Below, piece by piece: positions 37,001 through 46,499 of a DNA stretch of 64,000 bases. Made by a program: the position numbers and the translations under genes. The notes beneath the pieces are model-generated. The model had not been told where the DNA came from. It did not search any database and saw only the letters and a list, made by a program, of their open reading frames with translations. Source of the DNA: an uncultured Verrucomicrobiales bacterium (GTDB lineage Bacteria > Pseudomonadota > Alphaproteobacteria > Paracaedibacterales > Paracaedibacteraceae); the NCBI GenBank assembly GCA_964542195.1, contig CAZITL010000006.1, positions 9,327-73,326 of the forward strand, written 5' to 3'. Within the stretch, counting starts at the first letter, position 1; each line of letters starts with the position of its first letter.

Positions 37001-39986
37001 TTTCGGTTGATTGTTCAGCTCCAGCTTGATCTTTTGCAAGTCCCGTGATGCGGTAAGTTCCGGCTTGATTGGGCGTAAACTTAAATATTTCAGCGCCCGA
37101 TCCTGAGATAACCTCTTGTTTGACGACTTCAACCCATTCGTTGTTTTCATTGGTTTTATAAACATTGCCTGCGGTTTTTACTTTGGCTGCCGTTGTATCT
37201 TTACGCTCAACGGTAATAAGTCCCTTTTGGCCTGCCATGGGATTTCCTTTGGCATCAACCATCACGTATTCAATTTCAGCCGGTTTGTTGGCCTGATATA
37301 ACCACTCTTTTTGGCGCAACCCAATCAAGGTTTCTCCATTGAAAAAGTCCACAACAGAGCGGGATGTTACAGACTTGCCGCGATCGTCATAAACCGCACC
37401 TTCAATGGTCAACTTACCAAAGCCTATATCGAGGGATGGGATTTTAATCTTGGTCTCATACTCGCCTTGGCTATTAACCGTTCCCATGGTTTGTGAAATG
37501 GTAACAGATTTTTGATCAGAACTGAATTTGCCAAAAGTAAAATTGCTGGCCACTGGATGTTTTGAAATGAACGTTTTGGAATCCAAAACCGCTGTTATTT
37601 GGGCTTTGGCTTCGGTATAGGCCCCTCCTGCATGCATCTTGGCTAAGACACGGGTCATCAATTCTTGATTGGGCTTAAAGGTCGTACCATTGACATCCGT
37701 GGTTACCTTAAATGGAGAAGGGGTAAAGTCACTGACCAGTACTCGCATGGGTGAGAATTCGAGGGTTGGTTTAGGCTTTGTTTCTTTTTCCGGTTTATTC
37801 TCTTCCTTAACGTCTTCGGCCATGTCGGGCATATAGGCTTTAATTCGAAAGTGATACCAACCAATAGTTGCATTTTTTGGGAGTTTATATTCACCGTGAT
37901 AACTTCCAAAATCATTTAAGTTGATGTCTTCTACTTGGTGAATGACTGTGCCTGTAGGATCCAGAAGCTCCAAATCATATTTACCTTGGGGAGGTGTGGT
38001 TAAATGGCGATTATTCTGATTACGGATGTATACTTTATATTGGATGGTATCACCCACACGGTAAATCCCCTGAGCTGTTGTTCCCCAAGACACCATATGA
38101 CGATACTTTTGCTCATTATAACCCCAAACCGTATCCCCTGAAACGCGCCAAGTATCGATAAGAAAATCGTAGGTTAGAGGAAGGATACCGAGATCCTGAT
38201 CTTTATCAATACGAATAAAGAGCTTATCTTCTTTCTCTCCCCAAGCATTGATGAGTTTTTTCTTAGGATCAATATCGGCCGTACCTAAGAGAGTTGCAAC
38301 GCCCATCTCATTGGTTTCTCCCATATCTAAAATATCTTTGGGAAGGCCCAAAGTGTGAAGATTATCTTTATAAAGAGTTATTTTTGCTTGAGGAACGGGA
38401 AGACCTGTAGCTAAATCCGTTACCCATAAGGTCGTATTAAAATGCCCTACCTTGACATAAATTTGATAAGGAGTGACTTGGGCAAAAAGTATCCCACTGT
38501 TTTCTCCCTTATCCACATGAGGATCTGTTACAAGGCTTCCATAAAGGACTCCAGATAATCCATTTAACATCTCCCGAACATTAAAGGGGATGGCAAATTG
38601 AATATCTTGAGCAAAGGGAATATCGTACGTACGGGTTGTAGGATTAATAACTCCTGCCGCGTTAAAGCCGTGGTAAGTAAAGCGAGCCGATTTTAAATTA
38701 TTTACGTATAACGGTGCTTCACTATCGGCCTTCTTCTCAAGAATCGCAATTCTATTCCCAATTTCATAGTTGGGTTTGCGATGATCTAAAGCCACCTTTA
38801 CTTCGAAGGATGATTGCAGTTTGCGACCAAACTCATCTTCCAAATCTGTTTCTGGTTGTTCTTTAAAGAAGCTTAGAATGTACCGTTTAAGACGCTCAAA
38901 AAACCCTCTTTGGGCAGGTTTAACGGTAATGGTATATTCCGAAGCTGCTTTGAGTCCACGGGGAAGGAAGAAGCGATATTCTTCTTCTGCCCAACTTTTG
39001 AGTTGAGAATAATCTTCACCCCGCGCCCCCCAAAACTTTTGTTCCTGTTGATCGCCGGTGGGATCAGGGGTAATGGTGAAGTTTTTAGCGATTTGAGAAT
39101 TAGGAACGGGACTGGAAAACACCAAACTAATGGGGCCCAAGGGATTACATTTTTTTACTTCATTTTTTTCTGGGTCAGACGTAACCCTAATATCCTTGTC
39201 TTCAAGGTCTTTACAAGAGATCCCTAAAAATTTAAAAGTATCGAAGGTTTTAAATTTTCTCACCTCTTCTTTTTTGCGGCTAGTTTCTGCCCCGAGAGAA
39301 GATTTTAGTCCGGGTAAAAGCATCACCCTGTATTCGCTACCAACGGCTAATTCTTGCCTTGATTCTAAATCCCAGACTTTGGATGCATTAGCGTCCTGAT
39401 CTTCTTCACCCTCACTCAATTCATCTCGAGGTGGTTTAGAGACGGAAAACGTAAAGTTTTCACCAGAACTCCCAACAGATTCCATGACAACACTTTTTTC
39501 CACAGACTCGCGAAGGACCGGAATATTAAAATAGACGCGAATGACTGGCTTTGTGGGAGATTTCCACTCTGAGAAACTGACATATGATACAGATGGCAAC
39601 GTTGTGGTAAACTCATGGATATATTGCTTATCGAGTGAAGCTCCTCCATCTGATTTTAAGGTCGGTTCAACAGTTATTTTGTACCGGGTTGCTTTCTGTA
39701 ATTTTGTTTCTTGATGAACTTGACACGCTAACGTTCGCGTATTTAGCCAACGCCAATCACATTTTACATTTGGGGTAATTTTGATGGGCAGATCTTCTGA
39801 TTTAATTGACGCATTACCCAAAGGAACCATATCTTGATCAAATTCGAGAACAATTTGTTCCGTTTCAAAGGCATTATCGCCATGAGGCGTAATCCGCAGA
39901 ATCTTCACGGGCGCTTTTGACTCTTGAGCATAGATATTTTGACTTAATGAGGTGAGAACCGCCAGAAGGAAGAAAAGTCTGCCCAT
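34092..39986 (-). CDS. Bacterial alpha-2-macroglobulin family protein (thioester-containing)
   Basis: 1964 aa. Leader MGRLFFLLAVLTSLSQNIYA. CxEQ thioester motif YPYSCWEQ (CWEQ = 35616-35627). Shows the canonical genetic pairing with pbpC. Confidence 0.9.
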   Translation of the reverse strand: MGRLFFLLAVLTSLSQNIYAQESKAPVKILRITPHGDNAFETEQIVLEFDQDMVPLGNASIKSEDLPIKITPNVKCDWRWLNTRTLACQVHQETKLQKATRYKITVEPTLKSDGGASLDKQYIHEFTTTLPSVSYVSFSEWKSPTKPVIRVYFNIPVLRESVEKSVVMESVGSSGENFTFSVSKPPRDELSEGEEDQDANASKVWDLESRQELAVGSEYRVMLLPGLKSSLGAETSRKKEEVRKFKTFDTFKFLGISCKDLEDKDIRVTSDPEKNEVKKCNPLGPISLVFSSPVPNSQIAKNFTITPDPTGDQQEQKFWGARGEDYSQLKSWAEEEYRFFLPRGLKAASEYTITVKPAQRGFFERLKRYILSFFKEQPETDLEDEFGRKLQSSFEVKVALDHRKPNYEIGNRIAILEKKADSEAPLYVNNLKSARFTYHGFNAAGVINPTTRTYDIPFAQDIQFAIPFNVREMLNGLSGVLYGSLVTDPHVDKGENSGILFAQVTPYQIYVKVGHFNTTLWVTDLATGLPVPQAKITLYKDNLHTLGLPKDILDMGETNEMGVATLLGTADIDPKKKLINAWGEKEDKLFIRIDKDQDLGILPLTYDFLIDTWRVSGDTVWGYNEQKYRHMVSWGTTAQGIYRVGDTIQYKVYIRNQNNRHLTTPPQGKYDLELLDPTGTVIHQVEDINLNDFGSYHGEYKLPKNATIGWYHFRIKAYMPDMAEDVKEENKPEKETKPKPTLEFSPMRVLVSDFTPSPFKVTTDVNGTTFKPNQELMTRVLAKMHAGGAYTEAKAQITAVLDSKTFISKHPVASNFTFGKFSSDQKSVTISQTMGTVNSQGEYETKIKIPSLDIGFGKLTIEGAVYDDRGKSVTSRSVVDFFNGETLIGLRQKEWLYQANKPAEIEYVMVDAKGNPMAGQKGLITVERKDTTAAKVKTAGNVYKTNENNEWVEVVKQEVISGSGAEIFKFTPNQAGTYRITGLAKDQAGAEQSTEIQVYVTGEEFVLWGEETDNYLPLIPEKKDYQVGEKVRILVKNPIPKAKAWITIERFGVIDSFVQELDHNTPVIEFPVKEDYLPNFYVSVVMMTPRSDHSPLKVGQLDMGKPICRIGYTALNVTDAYKKIDIKAQVEKEVYKPREKVRVSLEAKVKNPNPRKEPLELAVVVLDEAVYDMILGGRDYYDPYPGLYKHEQLDLANYSLLVNLVGRQKFEKKGANPGGDGGAGLNMRNIFKFVSYWNPSIITDDEGKASMEFDAPDNLTGWKVLVLGATPTDRLGLGETEFKVNRPTEIRPVMPNLVNEGDQFTARFSVMNRTDHSRTLKVHMEAQGSGVGTDKPLMHDETITLEPYKRSIISMPIKTVPIAHEEEGKIIFHVTAGDDQDKDVTEQVIPVKKIRVMDSMAVSGSLTQGETVLPVAIPNDIHTDVGGLQITLSPSLISNIKGAFDYMKTYPYSCWEQKLSKAVMAVYYQHLKDYLPEEFQWSESKNLPSEVIADLPQFQAGNGGMGYFIADDKFTDPYLSAFTALALNWLKESGHVGNESSIEKLDQYLDHLLRYDFGITEYTNELMSTIRAIILDALSYRQKVTLEDLNRLKSQWSNMSLFGKASFVNAALRTPGGSEMVEDLVKDILSHFNESSGKLSLAPELPETWTRILSTPLRDSCAVLDTLSHYAATSDKAKQLIHDKPEKLVRSIIESRKGKLHWSNTQDNLFCARALNTYSKTYEHSKPNLSTTVLWADEKIGQAEVKDIRDQPITISKKFSDQEPGVTKNLTVRKEGSGILYFTNLIRYASKTQGSKPINTGMEIKRDYSVLSNDQWVLLKEGQALKRGDVVRVDLYLMIPANRNFVVLNDPVPGGLEPVNQNLATSATLSNVNPKPGEGSYYHQIKDWVEYFSTRYSFYFEEMRHDVVRYYSDFLPRGNYHLSYTAQVVADGEFTAPPAFAEEMYNPDIYARGEGSKLNIPPTQ

Positions 39987-40260
39987 GATTTTGCCTTGAA
40001 AGAATAGAGGATACTAGAAGGAATTATAGATCAAGTTATTTATCTTGACCAGATAGAGTAGGAATTGGTTGACGGGAATAATTGGGCACAAGGTTAATAC
40101 TTTAATTACACTAAATCCCTCACTTTTTTTCAAGAAAACTATTTGATTAAAATATTAATATAATCTTTGAAAATTGATGGTACTTGAACTAAAAATGGTA
40201 AGTTGCCTGATAAGGCTAACACCTATAGATAAACATGATTTTTATGAGGAATCATTAATT

Positions 40261-41661
40261 ATGAAAGATTGGTTACAATATCTAGCTTTAGCTACCACCT
40301 GTGCCGGATTAACTTTTGCGTCCACGACAAACAGTTATAGTAAACAACCCCAGACTAAATCTGGAAAGACGGTTACTATTGTAGGCGTTCAATTTGGAGA
40401 TGAATCGAAAGGATCCATTACAGATTTACTTGCTCAAGAAGCCGATATTGTGGCCCGATACAATGGGGGCAGCAATGCTGGTCATACTATTGTAATTGAT
40501 GGGAAAAAATTTAAGTTGAGCACTCTACCATCAGGGATTTTAACCAAGGGTGTTGTTAATATTATTGGACCAGGAATGGTTCTTGATCCCAAACTCTTTG
40601 TTGAAGAGGCAGGCAGAATTCGGGAAAGTGGGGTAGAAATCACGCCAGCTAACCTAAGAATTGCTGAAAACGTTCCTTTGGTCCTGCCCATTCATAAAGA
40701 CCTGGAAGCCTTGCAGGAATCTGGCGCTGCTGCTCTTAATACCACTAAGAAAGGCATTGGTCCAGCCTATGAAGATAAGGTTGGTCGACGTGCTATTCGT
40801 GCCAGAGACCTCGTACGGTTGGATGAACCTAAAAATCTTGAATCATTAAAAACTAAAATTAAGGTGATGTTGGATCATCATAATGCCCTCCTGAAGGGAT
40901 ATGGTAAGGAACCTGTCAAAGAAGAAGATATGCTGGCCTTCCTCCAACAATATGCTAAAGAAATCGAACCTTTTGTTTCCGTTGTCTGGAAAGATTTGGA
41001 TCAGATGCAGAACGAGGGCAAAAAAATGCTCGTGGAAGGAGCCCAAAGCGCTTGGCTTGATATAAGTCATGGGACCTATCCCTATGTAACCAGTTCTCAC
41101 ACCTCAGCTTCTGCAGCAGGCTATGGCTTGGGGATTGCATTGAAAAATAACTATGTTCTTGGTGTAGTCAAAGCTTACACAACCCGAGTGGGCAACGGTC
41201 CCTTCCCGACAATTTTGAACGATGAAACAGGCGAGAAAATTCGTCAAATTGGTCAAGAATTTGGAGCGGTTACTGGTCGCAAAAGAGACTGTGGTTGGTT
41301 AGATTTAGTTTCAGTCAAACAAGCCATTGTTAATAATGGTGTTCATGCCTTAGCTTTAGCAAAAGGGGATGTTTTGGACGGATTTGAGACCATTAAAGTT
41401 TGTGTGGGCTACAAAGTAGATGGCAAAGAATATGATCACATGCCAATCGATCCAGCCTCATGGGAAAAGATTGAGCCCATTTACAAAGAATTCAAAGGCT
41501 GGACCAATACTAAAGGAATTACCACTCAAGATAAGCTCAACGAGAACTATCGCCAGTACATTAAGTTTATTGAAGACTATACAGGTATTCCTGTAGTCAT
41601 TATTTCCACGGGTCCCGATCGGGGTGAAAAGATCGTCCTCAAAAATCCCTTTAATGCTTAA
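40261..41661 (+). CDS. purA: Adenylosuccinate synthetase with ~35-aa N-terminal hydrophobic extension
   Basis: NAGHTIVIDGKKFKLSTLPSGI, TTKKGIGPAYEDKVGRR, LDISHGTYPYVTSS, KAYTTRVGNGPFPT and GAVTGRKRDCGWLD. GAGGA lies ~10 nt upstream of the ATG at 40261. The track start at 40174 is less likely. Confidence 0.85.
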   Translation: MKDWLQYLALATTCAGLTFASTTNSYSKQPQTKSGKTVTIVGVQFGDESKGSITDLLAQEADIVARYNGGSNAGHTIVIDGKKFKLSTLPSGILTKGVVNIIGPGMVLDPKLFVEEAGRIRESGVEITPANLRIAENVPLVLPIHKDLEALQESGAAALNTTKKGIGPAYEDKVGRRAIRARDLVRLDEPKNLESLKTKIKVMLDHHNALLKGYGKEPVKEEDMLAFLQQYAKEIEPFVSVVWKDLDQMQNEGKKMLVEGAQSAWLDISHGTYPYVTSSHTSASAAGYGLGIALKNNYVLGVVKAYTTRVGNGPFPTILNDETGEKIRQIGQEFGAVTGRKRDCGWLDLVSVKQAIVNNGVHALALAKGDVLDGFETIKVCVGYKVDGKEYDHMPIDPASWEKIEPIYKEFKGWTNTKGITTQDKLNENYRQYIKFIEDYTGIPVVIISTGPDRGEKIVLKNPFNA

Positions 41662-41665
41662 ACTC

Positions 41666-41689
41666 AGGCCACATTTTGTGGCCTTTTTT
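41666..41689 (+). terminator. Rho-independent terminator-like hairpin between purA and purB
   Basis: AGGCCAC-ATTTT-GTGGCCT followed by a T-run, 5 nt after the purA stop. Confidence 0.5.
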
Positions 41690-41706
41690 CTTTCTGGAGA
41701 ATTTTT

Positions 41707-43134
41707 ATGAGTACAAATATTCTTAAACTGTTGCTGTGCTCTACGAGTTTTGTGATAACCGTTTTTGCAAAGGATCATTCACCTATGATGCCTCATGTCC
41801 TGCCCCCTCAAGATGTGGCTTCCTTTCCTGTCAACCCTTTAGCTCGTTATGGTTTGCCCGAGGCAGCAAAAATTTGGTCTGATCAAACCCGATTTCAAAT
41901 TTATTACCAAATTGAAGGTTATATTAATGAAGCTTTAGCCAAAGCAGGAATTATACCCCGCCATGTGGTGGATCATTATTGGGCAATAAAAGAATTTTCC
42001 ATTGATAAGATTCGCGAACATGAGAAAACAACTCACCATGAATTTCTCGCTTTTCTCGCCACCATTGGTGATCACTTAGGTGAAGATGCCAAATCTGTTC
42101 ACTATGGTATTACCAGTTCTAATGTTTTAGACACCGGCTTTAATGTGCAATTGGATCAAAGCCTTGACTTAATCCACCAAGAACTTACTGCGCTTCTTGA
42201 GGCCTTAAAGCAAAGAGCTCTTGAACATAAGACCACCCTTTGTATGGGGCGTACTCATGGTATGCATGCCGAACCCATGAGTTTTGGTCTAAAACTTTTG
42301 CGCCATTATGCAGCCTTTAAACGTCACCAACAAAGTTTGAAAGAAGCTCAAGAAGGAATACGCATCTGTGCTATTGGTGGGGCTTTGGGGAACTTTGTCA
42401 ACATTTCCCCTGAAGTTGAAGGATACGTTGCCCAAAAATTAAATTTTAAGGTGGAACCCATAGCCACCCAGGTGATCCCTCGAGATCGTTATGGTAAAGT
42501 TTTTGCAACCTTATCTCTTCTTGCCTCTTCCATTGAAGATTTAGCCACCGAAATTCGCCACTCTCAGCGTAGCGAAGTTGGCGAAGTGCAAGAACCTTTT
42601 AAAGAAGGCCAAAAAGGCTCCAGTGCGATGCCCCACAAACGGAATCCTATTAAATGCGAAAATTTGGTGGGAATAGCTAGAACCATCCGTTCTACCTTGA
42701 CACCTGCCTTAGAAAATATGGCGTTATGGCATGAGCGAGATATGTCCCATAGTTCTGTGGAACGATTTATCGCTCCCACCGGGACAATCCTGACCCACTA
42801 TGCGCTTACCACTTTAAAAAACATTGTCAGTGGCCTTGTTGTTCATAAAGAGAGGATGCAAAGAAATATTGATCAATCTTGCAATGTTTTTGCTTCCCAA
42901 AGGATCATGCTTGCTTTGGTCAACAAAGGCATGAGCCGTGATGAAGCTTACAAGTACATTCAGCAGTTGGCTCATCAAGCTTTGGATCAACGTGCGGACT
43001 TTAAACAAATTCTTGAACAGAATTCTGAGATTAAACAAAAACTCTCTGAGCAAGAAATACAAACTTTATTTGATCAAAATTATTATTTGAAAAATGTAGA
43101 AACTTTGTTTGATCGGGTTCTAACAAGCTCTTAA
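41707..43134 (+). CDS. purB: Adenylosuccinate lyase
   Basis: Signature GSSAMPHKRNP. N-terminal core PLARYGLPEAAKIWSDQTRFQ. GGAGA lies 6 nt before the ATG at 41707. An alternative start at 41785 (MMPHV) is possible. Confidence 0.9.
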   Translation: MSTNILKLLLCSTSFVITVFAKDHSPMMPHVLPPQDVASFPVNPLARYGLPEAAKIWSDQTRFQIYYQIEGYINEALAKAGIIPRHVVDHYWAIKEFSIDKIREHEKTTHHEFLAFLATIGDHLGEDAKSVHYGITSSNVLDTGFNVQLDQSLDLIHQELTALLEALKQRALEHKTTLCMGRTHGMHAEPMSFGLKLLRHYAAFKRHQQSLKEAQEGIRICAIGGALGNFVNISPEVEGYVAQKLNFKVEPIATQVIPRDRYGKVFATLSLLASSIEDLATEIRHSQRSEVGEVQEPFKEGQKGSSAMPHKRNPIKCENLVGIARTIRSTLTPALENMALWHERDMSHSSVERFIAPTGTILTHYALTTLKNIVSGLVVHKERMQRNIDQSCNVFASQRIMLALVNKGMSRDEAYKYIQQLAHQALDQRADFKQILEQNSEIKQKLSEQEIQTLFDQNYYLKNVETLFDRVLTSS

Positions 43135-43511
43135 TGTAAATTTTGGCCAGAAAAAAGCCGACTCTCTTCTATCGGAAACCTTCAAATGGGTTTCCTTTCC
43201 CAACTTATAACTTTTTAGGGTCCGTGTTGCATAAATTTAACCTCATTTGCTCTTATGAAAATATTTAAAAATGAGGTGGGGTATTTTTAAACTGATCATC
43301 CCATTTCCCCAGGTACAAGTTTCATCTCTCCCACTTCTGGTTAAATTTTTATTTTTATATATAAATTCAGCATTTTACAAAAAGAAATGAATTTATTTTA
43401 ATACTAATTTGATTTTGATAATATCAAATGATTATAAAAAGTTATTGCTTTGTTAAAATAGTATTTTAATATGAGCTTTATTTCAAACCTAATATCATAA
43501 AAAGGAAGAAT

Positions 43512-44726
43512 ATGAGTTTATTTACTAAAATTTTTATACCTCTTTTGTGTGGAACTTTTTGCCTCTCCTCTGCCTGGACGATGGATGTTCAGGAAGACGA
43601 TACCTTAGCTCTGACTAATATATCCCATTTTCAGCGAAAAGATCTTGAATTTGGAGAGAGATCCACGTTTGAAGATTTAATTAAAATAATAAACATTCAT
43701 AATCCTCGCTTAGTACCCAAAGCCTCATTTGTGTTGAACACTGTTTATGAATCTAATCCTCGAATTGTTCAAAGTGAGGATGGGAAAAATAGATATGGTC
43801 TCTCATTTGCAATTCACCCTGAATTCATGAAGTATCTTATGGAGTTGTGCCCCGGCAAAACCGTTCTAGAATTAGGTGCTGCAGGTGGCGAAATGAGTAT
43901 TCTTTTTGGGTGTGCAGGAGCTAAAAAGGTATATGTAAATGATATAGAGACTAAAGAAATAGAAAGATTCACTAATCTACTACTCCCTTCATTTCCATTT
44001 AAGTTTCAAAAAAAATTTAAAGTTCTTAAAGGTGATTGCTTTGAGCATTTAAATAAACTTCAACCTAGAAGTGTAGATATTATCTATACACGCAACCTCT
44101 TCCACTTTTTCAAAACCAGCCAGCATGGCGATTTTTTCGAACGCATCAAAACCGTTTTAAAACCAGGCGGCATAATAGCAATGAGTGTCCATGATGGTAG
44201 ATTCACAATTCCTACAATTCCTTGTAAAGATGATATCTGTTTTGAATCTCACACGCTCATGCTTGATAGCTTTTTTCTGTCCAATGATAGGATCCCTATT
44301 GCGCAACACCTAACTGCATGTAAGGATTTAGATGTAGATCCTCTGGCATATGAAAGTGATGTTGTCGTTCATTTTCGTAATAATAAATATGAATTTGTTA
44401 ATGAGGTTTTTTTTAAAATGCCCCAGAAGCTTAGGGAAGATTTACTAAACTTTATCAATGATAATAGATCAAAGTTTGAAATCTTCAGCCTTAAGCTCAG
44501 CCAAATTAGACTTTTAAAAAGCACAACCATGCGCTTTAGCCTCTATAATTTAGGAAAGATTTTAGAAAGCAACGGTTTTAATCTCATTAAACTTTCGAGC
44601 ATTGATATGACAGGTCATGCCTTTCAAAGCCGTGATCCAAATAGTTCTTGCTACAACACTGAAGACCAAAGCAATTTTGTGGGGGCTATTGCAATTCCTT
44701 TTGCACTGGATATAAATGAAAAGTAA
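43512..44726 (+). CDS. Class I SAM-dependent methyltransferase-like protein with signal-like leader
   Basis: Motif I VLELGAAGGEMS, acidic VNDIE and LKPGGIIAMSV. Leader IFIPLLCGTFCLSSA. The C-terminal ~170 aa is of unknown function. Confidence 0.6.
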   Translation: MSLFTKIFIPLLCGTFCLSSAWTMDVQEDDTLALTNISHFQRKDLEFGERSTFEDLIKIINIHNPRLVPKASFVLNTVYESNPRIVQSEDGKNRYGLSFAIHPEFMKYLMELCPGKTVLELGAAGGEMSILFGCAGAKKVYVNDIETKEIERFTNLLLPSFPFKFQKKFKVLKGDCFEHLNKLQPRSVDIIYTRNLFHFFKTSQHGDFFERIKTVLKPGGIIAMSVHDGRFTIPTIPCKDDICFESHTLMLDSFFLSNDRIPIAQHLTACKDLDVDPLAYESDVVVHFRNNKYEFVNEVFFKMPQKLREDLLNFINDNRSKFEIFSLKLSQIRLLKSTTMRFSLYNLGKILESNGFNLIKLSSIDMTGHAFQSRDPNSSCYNTEDQSNFVGAIAIPFALDINEK

Positions 44727-44813
44727 GTATCTGCAAATTTGACGTTCTTGTCATCACTACTTTGAAGAGATTGGTCTAACGTCGAGTTAACCTATGTCCT
44801 CTTTGGGACACCT

Positions 44814-44845
44814 CATTAAAGAAAGGATACATCCTTTCTTTAATG
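44814..44845 (+). terminator. 32-nt near-perfect palindrome/hairpin downstream of the methyltransferase gene
   Basis: CATTAAAGAAAGGAT-AC-ATCCTTTCTTTAATG followed by TTT. Confidence 0.4.
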
Positions 44846-45103
44846 TTTCAAAATCTTCCCGTTGTTATAATTGCCCAAACGTTTAGGAAGATCGTGTTGC
44901 AAAAATTTATTTAGGGTAGACTTTGGTAATAATGTTAAATTTTATCAAGATGGCCCTTTTTACTAATCTAATCATCATCCTTTTTTATCTTCTGATGAAC
45001 ATTTCGAGGTTAAATTTCGTGGTATTTTCTCCTATCAGGTGGGTGATTTAAGTTCTTAACCTAAGAATCATCGATAGGACTAGGAAAGAATGAATAACTG
45101 ACC

Positions 45104-46426
45104 ATGTCTTCCGTGAGCAGTGACCGCGAAAGTTTATCAAAAGAGGAAAGAGAAACTCTTTTTCTCATTAATATTGGAACGGTTTTAGAATACTTTGACT
45201 TTAAGACATATATGCATATTGCGGTGGTTTTGAATGCCATCTTTTTCCCTACATCAGATCCTTACACCAATGCACTTTTAGCCGCCTTTTCTTTCTCTAT
45301 GGGATATCTTCTTCGCCCCATCGGTTCTTTCATTTTTGGTATTTTAGGCGATTTATGGGGACGCAAGACCAACATTATGATCACAACTATGGCTATGTCG
45401 ATCTCCTCGTTTTTCCTAGGGTGCATGCCGACTTATGCCCAAGCGGGGATCAAAGCTTCTATAGCTGTTCTAGTTTGCCGAGCCATTCAAGGTATTTCAT
45501 CAGCGGTTGAAATAATTGGGGCTACGGTTTATGTGACTGAGATTTTAAAACCGCCAAGATCCTATTTCTATGGTGGGATGTCTGGCTTTGCTGCTGGGAT
45601 TGGGGAACTCTTAGCATTATTTTTCTGTTCAGCATTATTATTTTTAAGGCCTCAAGATGGATGGCGGTATGTCTTCTTCCTAGGTTCGGGGATAGCTGTT
45701 CTGGGTATGATTGCTCGAACGAAGTTAAAAGAAACCCCTGAATTTCTTAAAGCTGCTGAAGATTTGAGGCGTTCAGACGCGCTCAATAAAAAATCGATCA
45801 TCAAAACGCTTTTAGATCATAAAAGAAATGCTTTTGCCTACTTACTCATCGGTCTTTTAACTCCCGTTTCTTTCTTTGTCTGTTTAATTTATATGGGAGG
45901 ACTTTTAACCACGAAATTTGGCTACACACCCGAAGATATTATCCCGCATAATTTCATGATTACCATTATTGACCTTGTGGTCTATTGCCTCCTTATGTAT
46001 TTGTCCCTTTATTATAACCCTATAAAGATTATGAAAGTATCAGCTGCATTGTTTTTGATCATTAGTTTCTTTCTTCCCGTTGTTGTTCATCATTCAACTT
46101 CCGTATTACCCATCTTCATCATCCAAACTCTCTTAGCCTCCTTAAGTGTTTCCGAATTAGGTTTAGCGGTGTTTGCTCGTGGTTTTCCAGTTATTGGCCG
46201 CTACACACTTTTGGGCGTAAGTTATTCCTTGGCCAGAGCATTGGCTGCTGTTAGCACCTCTTATGGTTGTGTTTACTTAGGTGAAAAGTTTGGTATTGAA
46301 GGTGTTGCTGGGCTCCTGATTGTGGTCGTTTCCGCCCAACTTTTTGGATTATTCTACTTTGTGCCCTGTCCAGAAGATAAAGCTGACCCTTTACGGGCTC
46401 GCAAACGCTCACTGACAACCGTTTAA
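45104..46426 (+). CDS. MFS transporter, metabolite:H+ symporter (ProP/KgtP-like) family
   Basis: GILGDLWGRK motif and WRYVFFLGSGIAVLGMIARTKLKETPEF. 12 hydrophobic helices. Confidence 0.85.
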   Translation: MSSVSSDRESLSKEERETLFLINIGTVLEYFDFKTYMHIAVVLNAIFFPTSDPYTNALLAAFSFSMGYLLRPIGSFIFGILGDLWGRKTNIMITTMAMSISSFFLGCMPTYAQAGIKASIAVLVCRAIQGISSAVEIIGATVYVTEILKPPRSYFYGGMSGFAAGIGELLALFFCSALLFLRPQDGWRYVFFLGSGIAVLGMIARTKLKETPEFLKAAEDLRRSDALNKKSIIKTLLDHKRNAFAYLLIGLLTPVSFFVCLIYMGGLLTTKFGYTPEDIIPHNFMITIIDLVVYCLLMYLSLYYNPIKIMKVSAALFLIISFFLPVVVHHSTSVLPIFIIQTLLASLSVSELGLAVFARGFPVIGRYTLLGVSYSLARALAAVSTSYGCVYLGEKFGIEGVAGLLIVVVSAQLFGLFYFVPCPEDKADPLRARKRSLTTV

Positions 46427-46499
46427 AACGGGTGGGATAGGATTAAAAACAGTATATACGTCGATCCCATCATCCCCTATTTTTAAGGTGGTCATGATC

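Noticed and set aside
37116-39649. Several 60-105-aa ORFs on both strands inside the alpha-2-macroglobulin gene (37116, 37311, 37703, 38821, 38910, 39130, 39416).
   Set aside because: These are shadow or alternative-frame ORFs within a 1964-aa gene with clear family motifs. They have low-complexity composition and no independent signals.
40174-40260. Longer 5' extension of purA from 40174. Similar extensions occur at 14116, 19542, 21046, 51775 and 54131 for other genes.
   Set aside because: The upstream starts are non-ATG or lack an RBS. The internal ATGs have better Shine-Dalgarno spacing or begin a coherent leader peptide.
43173-43200. GGAAACC-N8-GGTTTCC hairpin after purB as a terminator. 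A larger ACCTCATTT...AAATGAGGT stem lies near 43238-43275.
   Set aside because: The stems are short or the loops large, with weak T-tracts. The support is too weak to annotate.
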